NCBI GenBank assembly: GCA_038231135.1
Contig: JBBRLX010000004.1
Location: 96,001-160,000 of the forward strand
From: Candidatus Eiseniibacteriota bacterium
GTDB taxonomy: Bacteria; Eisenbacteria; RBG-16-71-46
Reading direction: 5' to 3'
Length of the DNA stretch: 64,000 bases
This document shows, piece after piece, positions 29,847-39,744 of this stretch. A model generated the notes under the pieces. It ran no database searches, was not told the DNA's origin, and saw nothing but the letters and a program-made list of their open reading frames with translations. Both the position numbers and the translations under genes were made by a program. Within the stretch, counting starts at the first letter, position 1. Each line of letters starts with the position of its first letter.

Positions 29847-32606
29847 TTACTGCAGCAGCACGAGACGCGACGCCACCTCGGTTCCGGCGGTCCGCAGGCG
29901 CACGAAGTACATCCCGCTCGCCGCGCGCGTCCCCGCCGCCGTGCGTCCGTCCCAGTTCGCAGTATGGGGTCCCGCCGGCATGCGGCCCGAGGCCAGCGAT
30001 CGCACCATCCGCCCCTGCACGTCGTAGATCCCGATCGATGCCGGTCCGGCCGACGGCAGCGCGAACCGCACCATCGTGCCGCCGTAGGATGGATTCGGCG
30101 CGGCGCTCATCGCCAGCGCGAGCGCGGCGTTCCTTCCCGTCACCCCGGTCGTGGGATCGAAGTGCACGAGGAAGTTGTCGAGGCCGCCCCGGGTGTTGTC
30201 GCGCGGGCCGGAGCCGAGCGAACCTGCCGAACCGCGCAGGCCGCCCAACCACGTGCCTTCGCCGATCGACGGGTGCCCAGGCCGGATCAGCGCGTTCAGC
30301 TTTGCGATCGAGATCTTCGCCCATACGGTGCTCGTCGTGGTGTCGACCCCGCCCGAATCCGCGAGCCCCACCGCGTGGTACGCTATGGCGTACGCGGCGC
30401 CAACCACCGGAGCCAGCGGCATCGAGTCGCGGTATCCGGTGCCGTAACTCACGACCGGCGAGCCCGTCGAATCCGTCACCAGCAGGTAGAACATGTCGCC
30501 GTGATCCGACACTCCGTTCGGCAACTGATCCTTGATGCCGGGCGCGTTCGCCGTCAGCGCGATGCGCCAGTTGCCCGGCGGCGGCACGGTGTTCAATCCC
30601 GACAGGGTCATCCGCGCACCCAGATACGGCGCATTCGGACCGTTCATGTCGGCGAAATACTTGATGGCCACGATGTCGAACGGATTGTCGGTGGGCACCG
30701 GCTGCGTCTCGACGATGGCATCGTGCGCCGGGTCCGTGACTTCGGGCAGCGCGAAGCTGCGCAGCGGCAATTCGCTCCGCGTGACGCGCCCGACGATGCC
30801 GGTGCCGCCATTGGCGCCGGCGAGCAGGCCCGGCCCCGACAACTGCCGCAACACGAAAGTATTGCCGTCGAAGTCGTTGTGATCGTCCGCAAACGAGATC
30901 ACGGCGGCGCCCTGAGGATCGTAGGCGATCTGGAAGTAGTCGCCGAGGTTGCGGTTCGCGGCGCCGGTGAGGCCGCCCTCGCTGATGTTCGAGCCGTGGA
31001 TGACGTGATCCGAGATTCGCTGCTGGCGGAACGCCGGCGACGCCGTGTTCGCGTTCAGGCTCTGCGAGAAATACACGTCCCAGTCGGCGGCATCGATGTC
31101 CTGGCTCTTCGAGCCGTACCAGACCACGTCCACGCGGCCGGCGCTGCCGGCCTCGAGCCACGGGAACACGTTGGTGAGCGTCGAATCCGGGTCATCGACC
31201 ATCGCCGCCGCGGTCCAGGCATCGCCGTGATTCCTGGAGTACGAATAGTAGACGTGCCGGTCGTTGGACCACGCCAGGTACACAGTGCCGTCGTCCCCCA
31301 CCTTCACCGGGTCGAACAGATGGCCGTGGCTCGTGGTGCCGTCGACGAGCTTCGTGACCCACGTGGCGCCACCGTCCGTCGAATGGCTGACGTATGCCGC
31401 GTTGCTGTTCTGGTGCGACACGTAGACCGTGCCGTCATGGTGGTCAACATCGATGTACCCGGGCGTGGTCGAAGCCGGGTTGCCCGTGTCGAGAACCGCG
31501 ACCGGCGCGCCGTAGGTCAGTCCGTGATCGGTCGACTTCTGCACGTAGAGCACCGACGACGGCACCGGCGCCCGATACAGCATGTAGATGTTGTCGGGAC
31601 CATCGGCCTCGATCCACTGGCGGTCGTCGGATGCGATCGCGGCCGCGGCGCCGTTGTGCTGGAACGTGTCCCCGCGGTCAGTCGACAGGTTCGACGAGAT
31701 GTCCGCCGCCGCGAGGCTCACCATGGTCAGCACCGGCGTCGACGTGGAATCGGCGGGAAAGCTCGTCGCGATGTCGATGTCACCGCCACCGTCGGACCCG
31801 CCGGCCGTCGAATCCGCGGCGCCCATCTGCTGGAACGCGTCGGGCTGGCCGAGGTAGCTGCCGTTGCGCAGCTCCGGGTCGAACGTCGGGCTCGTGGGAT
31901 TGAGGTCGAAGCGCCACAGATCCACGCCCGCCGGAACGCCGCGGATGCCGCTGACGTAGGCGTTGCCGCGCACGTCCACACGCACGCTCGGCTCCTCGGT
32001 GCGCACGGTGCCGCGGGCGAACAGGGGCACCGTGTGGCTGAACGCCAGCGAACCCGGGAGATGCGCCACGACCGGCGCCGCCGGCAGCGGCACCAGGGCC
32101 GCGGAACCCTGATAGGTCTGGCCGGGCGGCACCGTCGCCGCCTGAACGTGCGCCCACCACACGCGCGGAGCCGTCACGACCGGCGGGTCGACGCCGATGT
32201 GCACCTGCTCCTCGGTCCCGGGCGGTGACCCGGCGGAGGGCGGCAGCGAAGGCCCGGTCAGCGAGTCGCTATGGACGTAGAGGTCGTAGTCGTAGGCCGG
32301 CACCGTCCACGTGATCGTCACGTCGATCTGCTTGCCGGTGTAATCGCCGGGAGCCAGCGTCACCTGGAAGCTGTCACAGCTCACGCCGTTGACGCAGGTG
32401 TTCTCTCCCGTCCCGGCACCCGTGATGCTGCCGGTCCAACTGGCGGACGGCGCCGGATTGCTGAGCGTGGCTCCGCCGGGAGTCGCCGCGAACACCGCGG
32501 CGGCGCGCAACAGGACCGCAAGGATCGCGACGCCAAACACGAAGCGGTTCACGCGCCGGGTCGGCGAGGGTGTGCGGCTCACGAGCGACATCGCATGATC
32601 GGGCAT
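29847..32606 (-). CDS. Secreted BNR/Asp-box (sialidase-like propeller) protein with PPC-like domain and C-terminal FlgD-Ig/T9SS-like domain
   Basis: Asp-boxes STDRGDTF, STDHGLTY, STDGGATW, SRNHGDAW; DYDLYV; NLGDYF; C-terminal PNP..YDVQGR..WDG..GMYFVR; GGAGG RBS. Confidence 0.8.
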   Translation of the reverse strand: MPDHAMSLVSRTPSPTRRVNRFVFGVAILAVLLRAAAVFAATPGGATLSNPAPSASWTGSITGAGTGENTCVNGVSCDSFQVTLAPGDYTGKQIDVTITWTVPAYDYDLYVHSDSLTGPSLPPSAGSPPGTEEQVHIGVDPPVVTAPRVWWAHVQAATVPPGQTYQGSAALVPLPAAPVVAHLPGSLAFSHTVPLFARGTVRTEEPSVRVDVRGNAYVSGIRGVPAGVDLWRFDLNPTSPTFDPELRNGSYLGQPDAFQQMGAADSTAGGSDGGGDIDIATSFPADSTSTPVLTMVSLAAADISSNLSTDRGDTFQHNGAAAAIASDDRQWIEADGPDNIYMLYRAPVPSSVLYVQKSTDHGLTYGAPVAVLDTGNPASTTPGYIDVDHHDGTVYVSHQNSNAAYVSHSTDGGATWVTKLVDGTTSHGHLFDPVKVGDDGTVYLAWSNDRHVYYSYSRNHGDAWTAAAMVDDPDSTLTNVFPWLEAGSAGRVDVVWYGSKSQDIDAADWDVYFSQSLNANTASPAFRQQRISDHVIHGSNISEGGLTGAANRNLGDYFQIAYDPQGAAVISFADDHNDFDGNTFVLRQLSGPGLLAGANGGTGIVGRVTRSELPLRSFALPEVTDPAHDAIVETQPVPTDNPFDIVAIKYFADMNGPNAPYLGARMTLSGLNTVPPPGNWRIALTANAPGIKDQLPNGVSDHGDMFYLLVTDSTGSPVVSYGTGYRDSMPLAPVVGAAYAIAYHAVGLADSGGVDTTTSTVWAKISIAKLNALIRPGHPSIGEGTWLGGLRGSAGSLGSGPRDNTRGGLDNFLVHFDPTTGVTGRNAALALAMSAAPNPSYGGTMVRFALPSAGPASIGIYDVQGRMVRSLASGRMPAGPHTANWDGRTAAGTRAASGMYFVRLRTAGTEVASRLVLLQ

Positions 32607-32786
32607 GATCACGACCTCCAGAGTTCGAGCGCGTCCGCAACGCGCGGTTGCGCGCCCCGGATGCTGCGAGACGACTCTGGATACCGGGAGTTGAGAGAAC
32701 CTTGAGCCGGGGAGAATCTTGCGATGCAACTATTTGCGCCGCAATGGCTTATGAATATGGTCCCGAGCCGACCGGGACGCGCGACG

Positions 32787-33896
32787 TCAGGCGCAGTGCT
32801 CGCATCCCACGCTGCCGCGCGAGCGCACCAGCAGCTCCGCGGGGCGCCCGCAGGTGGGGCAGCCCGGCTGCGCCGGGCGGCCGCGCGCGACGTCCACCGG
32901 TGCCACCAGCCGCACGTGGACGGCGCCGGTGCGCAACTCCTGCTCGAGTTGCGCCACCGGCCACGACCATTCGACGACGCCCCAGGTGCGGATCTCCGTG
33001 CGCAGCGCCCAGCGGCCGCGCACCTCGGCGGCGCGGCGCTCCCACTCGAGCTTGAGCGACATCGCGTCGCCGTGATCGAGGTCGCCGTCGTCGACGCTAC
33101 CGGACCGGCGCCGCAGCCGCTCCTCCTCCTCCTCGATCCGCGACGAGAAGAACTCGCCGAGCCGGTCGAGCTCCTCCTCGCGCTTGTGCGACACGCCGTT
33201 CTCCCACTCCGCCTCGCGGGCCGACAGCAGGCGGTCGAGATGCGCGCGGCCCTGGCCCATCCAGCGCTCCCGCTCGGCGGCCGCGGCGGTGCCGGCGATC
33301 TGGTAGAGGCCGGCGCGGGTGCGCACGTCGGGAACGTCGAGACCGGTCGTGCTCTCGGCAAACGCGCCCTCGGCGGTCATCACCAGCACCCACGGTTCCT
33401 GCCACGGCAGCCCGCCCCATCGTGTCACCACTGCGTGGACCGAGATGCGCCGCTCGTAGTGCACGGGTCCGAGCCGCGGCTGGCCCCAGGTGAGGCCGCG
33501 GACGCGGCACACCGAGGCGAAGCCGTCGGCCGGCGCCCCGGGCACGTGCGCGAGCGCCGTGCGGCACGCGAACTCGGGCCGGTCGGTCGCGGCTTCGAGC
33601 AGCTTGCGGCCGGCGCTGCTGCCGGGTGCGGTGAACCACGCGCCGCGCGGCAGCGTCGGGCGCTGGGGGTCGAACACCAGCCGCACGCGCTGCCGCCGCC
33701 AGCGGCGCCGCAGCGCGTCCGACAGCTCCACCTCCCAGTCCCCGCGGGCCGCGGCCTTGACCGTGCACCCGGAGCTCTCGAGCCAGCGGCCCACGAACGC
33801 ACGCCACTCCGCCGGCAGCGCCGGCAGCGTCGGGGACGCGGCGGGCGCCGCACCGTTCTCCCGCATCGCGACCGGCGCCCTAGCGCGCGGGCTCAC
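32787..33896 (-). CDS. Hypothetical protein with acidic coiled coil and C-terminal Zn ribbon (YqhG-like partner of the SNF2 ATPase)
   Basis: GTG overlaps the helicase stop (GTGA); 'EEELDRLGEFF..RIEEEEERL' coiled coil; terminal CPTC-x14-CEHC. Confidence 0.65.
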   Translation of the reverse strand: MSPRARAPVAMRENGAAPAASPTLPALPAEWRAFVGRWLESSGCTVKAAARGDWEVELSDALRRRWRRQRVRLVFDPQRPTLPRGAWFTAPGSSAGRKLLEAATDRPEFACRTALAHVPGAPADGFASVCRVRGLTWGQPRLGPVHYERRISVHAVVTRWGGLPWQEPWVLVMTAEGAFAESTTGLDVPDVRTRAGLYQIAGTAAAAERERWMGQGRAHLDRLLSAREAEWENGVSHKREEELDRLGEFFSSRIEEEEERLRRRSGSVDDGDLDHGDAMSLKLEWERRAAEVRGRWALRTEIRTWGVVEWSWPVAQLEQELRTGAVHVRLVAPVDVARGRPAQPGCPTCGRPAELLVRSRGSVGCEHCA

Positions 33897-35842
33897 TCGT
33901 CCTCCTGGTCCACGGTCGGAAACACCATCGTCTGGAGATCCTTCTGCTGCTGGTAGAGCCGGCGGGCCACCATCAGATGCTGGCCCAGCTCGGTGAAGCG
34001 GCGCTTGCGGGCGCGCGCGTCGTTCGATTCCGTCCAGCGGCGGAAGATCTCGTCTTCGAACGAGCCGTGCGGCTGCCACGCGCCCAGGATCTCTTCCATC
34101 TCGCCCACGATCAGCTCGAACATGCGGATCTTGCGATCGAGGATCTCGAGCACGTACGCCTCGATCGTGCTGCGCGCGGCCAGGTTGATCACCCGCACCG
34201 GGTGCACCTGCCCGAGCCGGTGGACGCGGCCGATCCGCTGCTCGACGCGCATCGGGTTCCACGGCAGGTCGTAGTTGATGACATTGCTGCAGAACTGGAG
34301 GTTGCGGCCCTCGCCGCCGGCCTCGGTGCTCACCAGCACCGGGGCGGTGGTGCGGAACTGCTCGAGCGCCTCCTCCTTCTCGCGCCAGTTCAGCTCGCCG
34401 TGGAAGATCGCCGGCTCGATGCCCTGGGCGCGCAGCGCGGCCACCAGCGTGTCGAGCGTGACCCGGAACTGGGTGAACACGATGCCCTTGGCGCCCTTGA
34501 GGCTCGCGATGCAGCGCAGCAACGACCGCACCTTGCTGGGCGACGTGCTCAACTGCTCCGCGCGCCCGGCCAGCAGCCGCAGCCGGCGCGGGTCGAGGCC
34601 GTCGGGCGAGCGGCTCAGCTTCTCGAGCGTCGACTGCGCAGCCGCCCACGACGACCCCATCTCCTTCTGGAGCACCATCAGCGTGAAGTAGTGCGGGCGG
34701 CCGGGGGCGCCGTGCTCACCGCGCACCGCGTCGACCACGAACTCGCTGACCTGGCGGTACAGCGCGCGCTCGGCGGGCGTCTGTCCCACCCACAGCGTCT
34801 CGACCTTGCGCGGCGGGAACGTGAGGTCGGTGTCATTGCGCCGGGTGCGCACCATCACGGTCTCGAGCAGGGTGCGCAGCCGCGGGGTGTTGCGCGGCGA
34901 GCGCTTGTCGTGCCCCGACAGGAAGTCCCGGCGGAACTGCGAGAACGTGCCCACGGTGCCGGGGCGGACGAGCGTCGCGAGGTTGTACAGCTCGCGCATG
35001 TCGTTCTGCACCGGCGTCGCCGTGAGCAGCAGCAGGTAGCGGGGATTGAGATCGTTGACGAATTTCCACCCCAGCGTGAGGTGGTTGCGCAGCCGGTGCG
35101 CCTCGTCGACGATCACCAGGTCGTAGTTCGCGCCACGCACGCGCCGCCGGTGCCGCTCGTGGCGCGCCGTCTCGAGCGACGAGATCACGAGCGGGTGACG
35201 GCCCCACTGGCCGGCCGGGCCCCGCGACACCACGAAATCGAGCTCGAACTTCTCCCACAGCTCGGCGCGCCACTGCTCGCACAGCGAGGCCGGCACCAGA
35301 ACGAGCACGGTGCGCACCGCGCCGCGCAGCAGGTACTCCTTGAGCACGATGCCGGCCTCGATCGTCTTGCCGAGCCCGACCTCGTCGGCGAGGATCGCGC
35401 GGCCGTTGAGGTCGCGCATCACCTTGTGACACGCCCGGATCTGGTGCGGGAACCGCTCGACGCCCCGCAGCGAATCGAGCGACACCAGCCGTTCGGTCCC
35501 GGCCCAGCCGGCCCACGCCTCGGCTTCGGCACGCAGCTCGAACCGCCCGCCCGCGGCCGGCTCGCCCGCCTGCCACACCTCTAGCAACCGCTCGCTCAGC
35601 GGATGCCAGATGTGCGTGCCCGGCGCGACGGCGGCCCCCGGGGTGGGAGCCGCATCGGTGGACACGACCTCCCATGCGCGCTGCGCCGACAGCCGCCGCA
35701 GCTCGCCGTCGAACACCACCTCGAGCATCTCCCGGCCGCGGTCGGTGTGGACCTCGACCACGAGACCCTCACCGAACTGCGGATGACGCAGGCGCTGCCC
35801 GACCTGGTACCCGTTCGCGATCGATTCCACGTCCACTCCCAT
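33893..35842 (-). CDS. SNF2/SWI2-family helicase-like ATPase (YqhH/RapA-like) with N-terminal Tudor-like domain
   Basis: LADEVGLGKT, VDEAH, LTATPVQN, STEAGGEGRNLQ, NYDLPWNPMRVEQRIGRVHRLGQ. Confidence 0.92.
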   Translation of the reverse strand: MGVDVESIANGYQVGQRLRHPQFGEGLVVEVHTDRGREMLEVVFDGELRRLSAQRAWEVVSTDAAPTPGAAVAPGTHIWHPLSERLLEVWQAGEPAAGGRFELRAEAEAWAGWAGTERLVSLDSLRGVERFPHQIRACHKVMRDLNGRAILADEVGLGKTIEAGIVLKEYLLRGAVRTVLVLVPASLCEQWRAELWEKFELDFVVSRGPAGQWGRHPLVISSLETARHERHRRRVRGANYDLVIVDEAHRLRNHLTLGWKFVNDLNPRYLLLLTATPVQNDMRELYNLATLVRPGTVGTFSQFRRDFLSGHDKRSPRNTPRLRTLLETVMVRTRRNDTDLTFPPRKVETLWVGQTPAERALYRQVSEFVVDAVRGEHGAPGRPHYFTLMVLQKEMGSSWAAAQSTLEKLSRSPDGLDPRRLRLLAGRAEQLSTSPSKVRSLLRCIASLKGAKGIVFTQFRVTLDTLVAALRAQGIEPAIFHGELNWREKEEALEQFRTTAPVLVSTEAGGEGRNLQFCSNVINYDLPWNPMRVEQRIGRVHRLGQVHPVRVINLAARSTIEAYVLEILDRKIRMFELIVGEMEEILGAWQPHGSFEDEIFRRWTESNDARARKRRFTELGQHLMVARRLYQQQKDLQTMVFPTVDQEDE

Positions 35843-35905
35843 GACGTCCCGCCCGGCATCCGTGATCGATGACCCATCCGCGGCGCCACGGCGCGCCGTG
35901 GGTCC

Positions 35906-36505
35906 TCAATAGCTCGCGTAGAAGATGAGGCCCGCCGACACCTGGAAATCGTGATTGGTCTTCTGGTTCTGGAAGATCGCGAAGTAGCGTGTGCTGATGT
36001 CATACGCCCAGCTGCTGAAGAAGAAGTGCTCGATCCCCGCCCCCGCGCTCACGTACACGCCGTCCTGGGGGAACGTGCTCTCGTCGCTGAACGTCTTCTC
36101 GGTCGGGTGGGCGAGGCCGGCGCCAACGCACAGATTGCGCACGGTGCGGCTCTCGGTGCCGAACATCTGGTACACCTCGAGGCCCGACAGCGTGAGCGAC
36201 AGCTTCTGGGCGGTCGTGTCGCCGGGGGCTCCGGTCTGCCGGCTGTCGATCTGCTGTCCCTCGAACGACAGCCCGATCGCGCGTTCGTAGCGCAGTCGAT
36301 AGCGCAGCCGCACGGCGATGCCGGGACCGCTGTCGAACGTTCCCCCCAGGCCGCCGGTGTTCAACAGGGTTCCGTACTCTCCCTGGATCCCGATGCCGAC
36401 CTGGCCGGGGCGGGGCAGCACGACGGAGTTCGCGGCCGAGGCCGCCGAGGCCAGCACGACCAGCAAAACCAGGGACACGGCGAACGGCGAACGGCGATGC
36501 GGCAT
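35906..36505 (-). CDS. Small outer-membrane beta-barrel-like protein
   Basis: Signal peptide, amphipathic beta strands, aromatic C-terminus (GLIFYASY); GAGGAGG RBS. Confidence 0.6.
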   Translation of the reverse strand: MPHRRSPFAVSLVLLVVLASAASAANSVVLPRPGQVGIGIQGEYGTLLNTGGLGGTFDSGPGIAVRLRYRLRYERAIGLSFEGQQIDSRQTGAPGDTTAQKLSLTLSGLEVYQMFGTESRTVRNLCVGAGLAHPTEKTFSDESTFPQDGVYVSAGAGIEHFFFSSWAYDISTRYFAIFQNQKTNHDFQVSAGLIFYASY

Positions 36506-36538
36506 GAACATCCTCCTCGGTTCCCGGTGCGTCACCCG

Positions 36539-37504
36539 CTAGGGACGCGGATGGAACGTGCGGTGAACTTCCTTGAGATAAGCCCGGTCGACGTGGGTGT
36601 AGATGGCGGTCGTGGTGACGGAGGCGTGGCCCAGCAACTCCTGGACGACACGCAGATCGGCGCCGCCCTGGAGCAGGTGCGTCGCGCACGAATGCCGCAG
36701 CAGGTGCGGATACAGCCGCGCGCCGATCCCGGCGGTGCGCGCATGCCCTCTAAGGATCTTCCAGAACCCCATGCGTGACAACCTGCCCCCGCGGGCGTTC
36801 AGGAACACCGCGTCGGAACGGAGCCCGCGCGCGAGCTGCGGACGGCCGCGGTCGAGCCAGTCGCCGAGCGCCACCGCGGCGGCCGACCCGAACGGCACCG
36901 TGCGCTCGCGGTTGCCCTTGCCCGTGACCGTGACCATTCGCCCGCCCAGGTCGAGCCCGGCGGCGGCGAGCCCCACCAGCTCCGACACGCGCAGGCCGCT
37001 CGCATACGCGAGCTCGAGCAGCGCGCGATCGCGTAGCGCGAGCGGCCCGTCGCCGGCCGGCTGCGCGAGCAGTCGCTCGATGTCCTCGATGGCGAGCACG
37101 TTCGGCAGTGGCCGCTCGTGGCGCGGCGCGGCGAGCTCGGCCAGCGGATCCGCCATGCACACGCGGCGGCGCACCAGCGAGCCGTGGAAGCCGCGCAGCG
37201 CGGCGCGGCGGCGGCTCGCGGTGCCGGCCGACAGGCCGCGCCGCTCGAGCGTCACGAAATACGCCTGCGCGAACACCGCCGTCGCCTCCGGCCACGAGCG
37301 GAGGCGGTGCTCCGCCGCGAACCGCGTGTAGTCGGCGAGATCCCGCGCGTAGGCGTCCAGCGTGTTCACGCTCAGCCGCCGGCCGCTGCGCAGCTCGTCG
37401 AGGTAGGCGTCGACTTCGCTGGTGAGCCGCGGATCCGCGGACGGCGCCGCGGGCGCCCGGTCCGGCGACTCGTCGCCCAGGCGCGTGGCGGCCGCGCGGC
37501 TCAT
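36539..37504 (-). CDS. xerD: Tyrosine recombinase XerD
   Basis: RDRALLEL.YASGLRVSEL, GKG.RER.VP, LSRMGFWKIL (XerD-type), HLLRHSCATHLL.GGADLRVVQELLGH, IYTHV, HPR; ATGA overlap with uvrC. Confidence 0.88.
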   Translation of the reverse strand: MSRAAATRLGDESPDRAPAAPSADPRLTSEVDAYLDELRSGRRLSVNTLDAYARDLADYTRFAAEHRLRSWPEATAVFAQAYFVTLERRGLSAGTASRRRAALRGFHGSLVRRRVCMADPLAELAAPRHERPLPNVLAIEDIERLLAQPAGDGPLALRDRALLELAYASGLRVSELVGLAAAGLDLGGRMVTVTGKGNRERTVPFGSAAAVALGDWLDRGRPQLARGLRSDAVFLNARGGRLSRMGFWKILRGHARTAGIGARLYPHLLRHSCATHLLQGGADLRVVQELLGHASVTTTAIYTHVDRAYLKEVHRTFHPRP

Positions 37505-39330
37505 GCGCCCTCCGCGGCGCGCGCCGGCGCGAGCGCCTTGGCGATGCGAACGGCGAGCGACGCGGGCACCCGCGCGCGCCGCGCGATCTCGTCGGGCGTC
37601 GCCGCCGACAGCGCGGCCACCGAGCCGAATTCCTTGAGCAGCATCGCGCGGCGCGCGGGACCCACGCCGGGCACCTGGTCGAGCTCGCTCGCGATCCGCG
37701 ACCGGCGCCGCAGGGCGCGATGGTAGGTGAGCCCGAACCGGTGCGCCTCGTCCCGCAGCCGTTGCAGCGCGCGCAGCGCCGGACTGCGCCGCGGCAGCCT
37801 GAGCGGATCTCCCGACTCCCGGATCACGAGCTCCTCGCGCTTCGCGAGGCCGATCAGCGGCACGGTGCCGGTCGCGATCCGGTCGAGGGCGCCGCGCGCG
37901 GCGCCGACCTGGCCCGCGCCGCCGTCGACCACGACGAGGTCCGGGCGCGGCTCCTCCCCCGACTCGACGCGCGTCCAGTAGCGCTCCACTGCCTCGCCGA
38001 TCATCGCGAAATCGTCGGGGCCGCCGTGACGGATGCGCATGCGCCGGTAGAGACCCTTGCGCGCGACACCGTTCTCGCTCGCCACGATCGCCGCGACCGC
38101 GCCCTCGGCGCCGAAGTTCGAGATGTCGAAGCACACCATGCGGTGCGGCGGCGCCGGCAGCGACAGCGCGCGCTGCAGCTCGAGCACCTCCGGCGAGAAT
38201 CGCAGCCGGCGGCCGGCCGCGCGCGACGCCTGGTCCTCGAGCACCAGCGCCGCGTTGCGTTCCGCGCTGCGCACCAGCCGGAGCCCGCGCCCGCGTTGCG
38301 CCACCTTGAGCTCCACGCGATGGCCGGCGCGGCGGCTCAGCGCCTCCAGCGTCACCTCGGCATCCGCGGGCGGCGCCGCCGCCACCAGCCGGCGCGGCAG
38401 CTCGCGCTGCGCGAGATAGTGCTGCGCCAGGAACGACGCCAGCACCGTGGCCTCGTCCAGCCCGCCGGCATGCGCGAGCACGCGGATCTCCTTCCCCACC
38501 ACGCGCCCGCCGCGGAGGATCAGCGCCGCGACCGCCGCGCGGTCGCCGATCCGCGCCATGCCCAGGACGTCGGTGTCGCCGCCGCCGCGGTGCACGACGT
38601 CCTGCGGCATGCGCACGGTGTCGAGCAGCTTGAGCTGGTCGCGCCGCTGCGCCGCGGTCTCGTAGCGCTGCTCGCTCGCGGCCTGCTGCATCTCCTCGCG
38701 CAGCTTGCGCAGCAGCTCGTCGTCGCGACCGGTGAGGAACAGGATCAGCTGGTCGACGAGCGCCCGGTATTCGGGGGGCGCGAACCGGGTGCGGGTGGTG
38801 CATGGTCCGACGCAACGGCCGATGTGGAAGTACAGGCACGGCCGGTTCGAGCGCCGGTAGTCCTCGAAGTTGCGGCAGGTGCGCACCGGGAAGATGCGGC
38901 GGATCTCGCGCAGCGTGCGGCGCAGGCTCTTCACGTCCGTGAACGGCCCCAGGTACCGGGCGCCGTCGGACTTCACCTGCCGCGTGATCGACAGCCGGGG
39001 GAACTCCTCCTGGACCGTGATCTTCACGTACGGGTAGCTCTTGTCGTCCGTCAGCCGGATGTTGTAGTGCGGCTTGTGCTGGCGGATCAGCGTCGCTTCC
39101 AGCAGCAGCGCTTCGGCCTCGGTCTCGGTGAGCACGGTATCGAGGTCGCGCGCGTTCGCGACCAGCTCGCGCAGCCGCGGCTCGGCGAGGTCCGGAGCGA
39201 GGTAGTTCCGTACCCGGTGGACCAGGCTCTTGGCCTTCCCCACGTACAGCACCTTGCCCGCGGCGTCCTTGAACAGGTAAACCCCGGGAACCGCGGGCAG
39301 ATTGTTGACTTTCTGGCTCAATTCGCTCAT
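37501..39330 (-). CDS. uvrC: Excinuclease ABC subunit C
   Basis: GIY-YIG PGVYLF..YVGKAK, EAEALLLE, YNI.L.DDKSYPY, CLYFHIGRC.GPC, FDISN, DGG.GQ, RDEAHRF, HhH. Confidence 0.97.
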   Translation of the reverse strand: MSELSQKVNNLPAVPGVYLFKDAAGKVLYVGKAKSLVHRVRNYLAPDLAEPRLRELVANARDLDTVLTETEAEALLLEATLIRQHKPHYNIRLTDDKSYPYVKITVQEEFPRLSITRQVKSDGARYLGPFTDVKSLRRTLREIRRIFPVRTCRNFEDYRRSNRPCLYFHIGRCVGPCTTRTRFAPPEYRALVDQLILFLTGRDDELLRKLREEMQQAASEQRYETAAQRRDQLKLLDTVRMPQDVVHRGGGDTDVLGMARIGDRAAVAALILRGGRVVGKEIRVLAHAGGLDEATVLASFLAQHYLAQRELPRRLVAAAPPADAEVTLEALSRRAGHRVELKVAQRGRGLRLVRSAERNAALVLEDQASRAAGRRLRFSPEVLELQRALSLPAPPHRMVCFDISNFGAEGAVAAIVASENGVARKGLYRRMRIRHGGPDDFAMIGEAVERYWTRVESGEEPRPDLVVVDGGAGQVGAARGALDRIATGTVPLIGLAKREELVIRESGDPLRLPRRSPALRALQRLRDEAHRFGLTYHRALRRRSRIASELDQVPGVGPARRAMLLKEFGSVAALSAATPDEIARRARVPASLAVRIAKALAPARAAEGA

Positions 39331-39405
39331 CGACACCCCGACCGCCCCACGTGCAATGCGGGAGGGAAAAACATTACACCCTGGCATGCAGCCCGCAAAC
39401 CCGCC

Positions 39406-39435
39406 TTGACCGGCGCCGGAGCCAGTCCCTATATT
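39406..39435 (+). promoter_or_regulatory. Putative rpsT promoter TTGACC-N18-TATATT
   Basis: Near-consensus hexamers; GGAGG RBS before ATG 39477. Confidence 0.55.
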
Positions 39436-39476
39436 ATTGCCCCGGTTTCGGTTCCTGTTTCCTACGGAGGATTTTC

Positions 39477-39734
39477 ATGCCGCATCACAAGTCCGCGGCC
39501 AAGCGGGTGTTGACCAACGAAAAGGCCCGCCGTCGCAACATGGCCGCGCGCTCCCGGATGCGCTCGGCGCTCAAGACCGTCCGCGCCGCCACCAGTCGCG
39601 CCGCCGGCGACACCGCCTACAAGGAAGCCGTGTCCGTGCTCGACCGCACCGTGGCCAAGGGCATCATCACGCGCGCGACCGCGAGTCGTCACAAGTCGCG
39701 CCTGGCCCTGTTCACCCGGAAACTGTCGGGTTGA
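39477..39734 (+). CDS. rpsT: 30S ribosomal protein S20
   Basis: MPHHKSAAKR....EK.RRRN...RS.MRS..K, D....KGII....ASR.KSRL; 85 aa, basic. Confidence 0.95.
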   Translation: MPHHKSAAKRVLTNEKARRRNMAARSRMRSALKTVRAATSRAAGDTAYKEAVSVLDRTVAKGIITRATASRHKSRLALFTRKLSG

Positions 39735-39744
39735 GGACCGCAGG

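Noticed and set aside
32725..32741. Sigma54-like CGGCGC-AAATAG-TTGCA on the minus strand
   Set aside because: GG-to-GC spacing is 11 nt rather than the required 10.
32787..35842. SNF2 pair as an anti-phage system (DISARM or Zorya type)
   Set aside because: No adjacent methylase, nuclease or other defence genes; core-like codon usage and a housekeeping neighbourhood.
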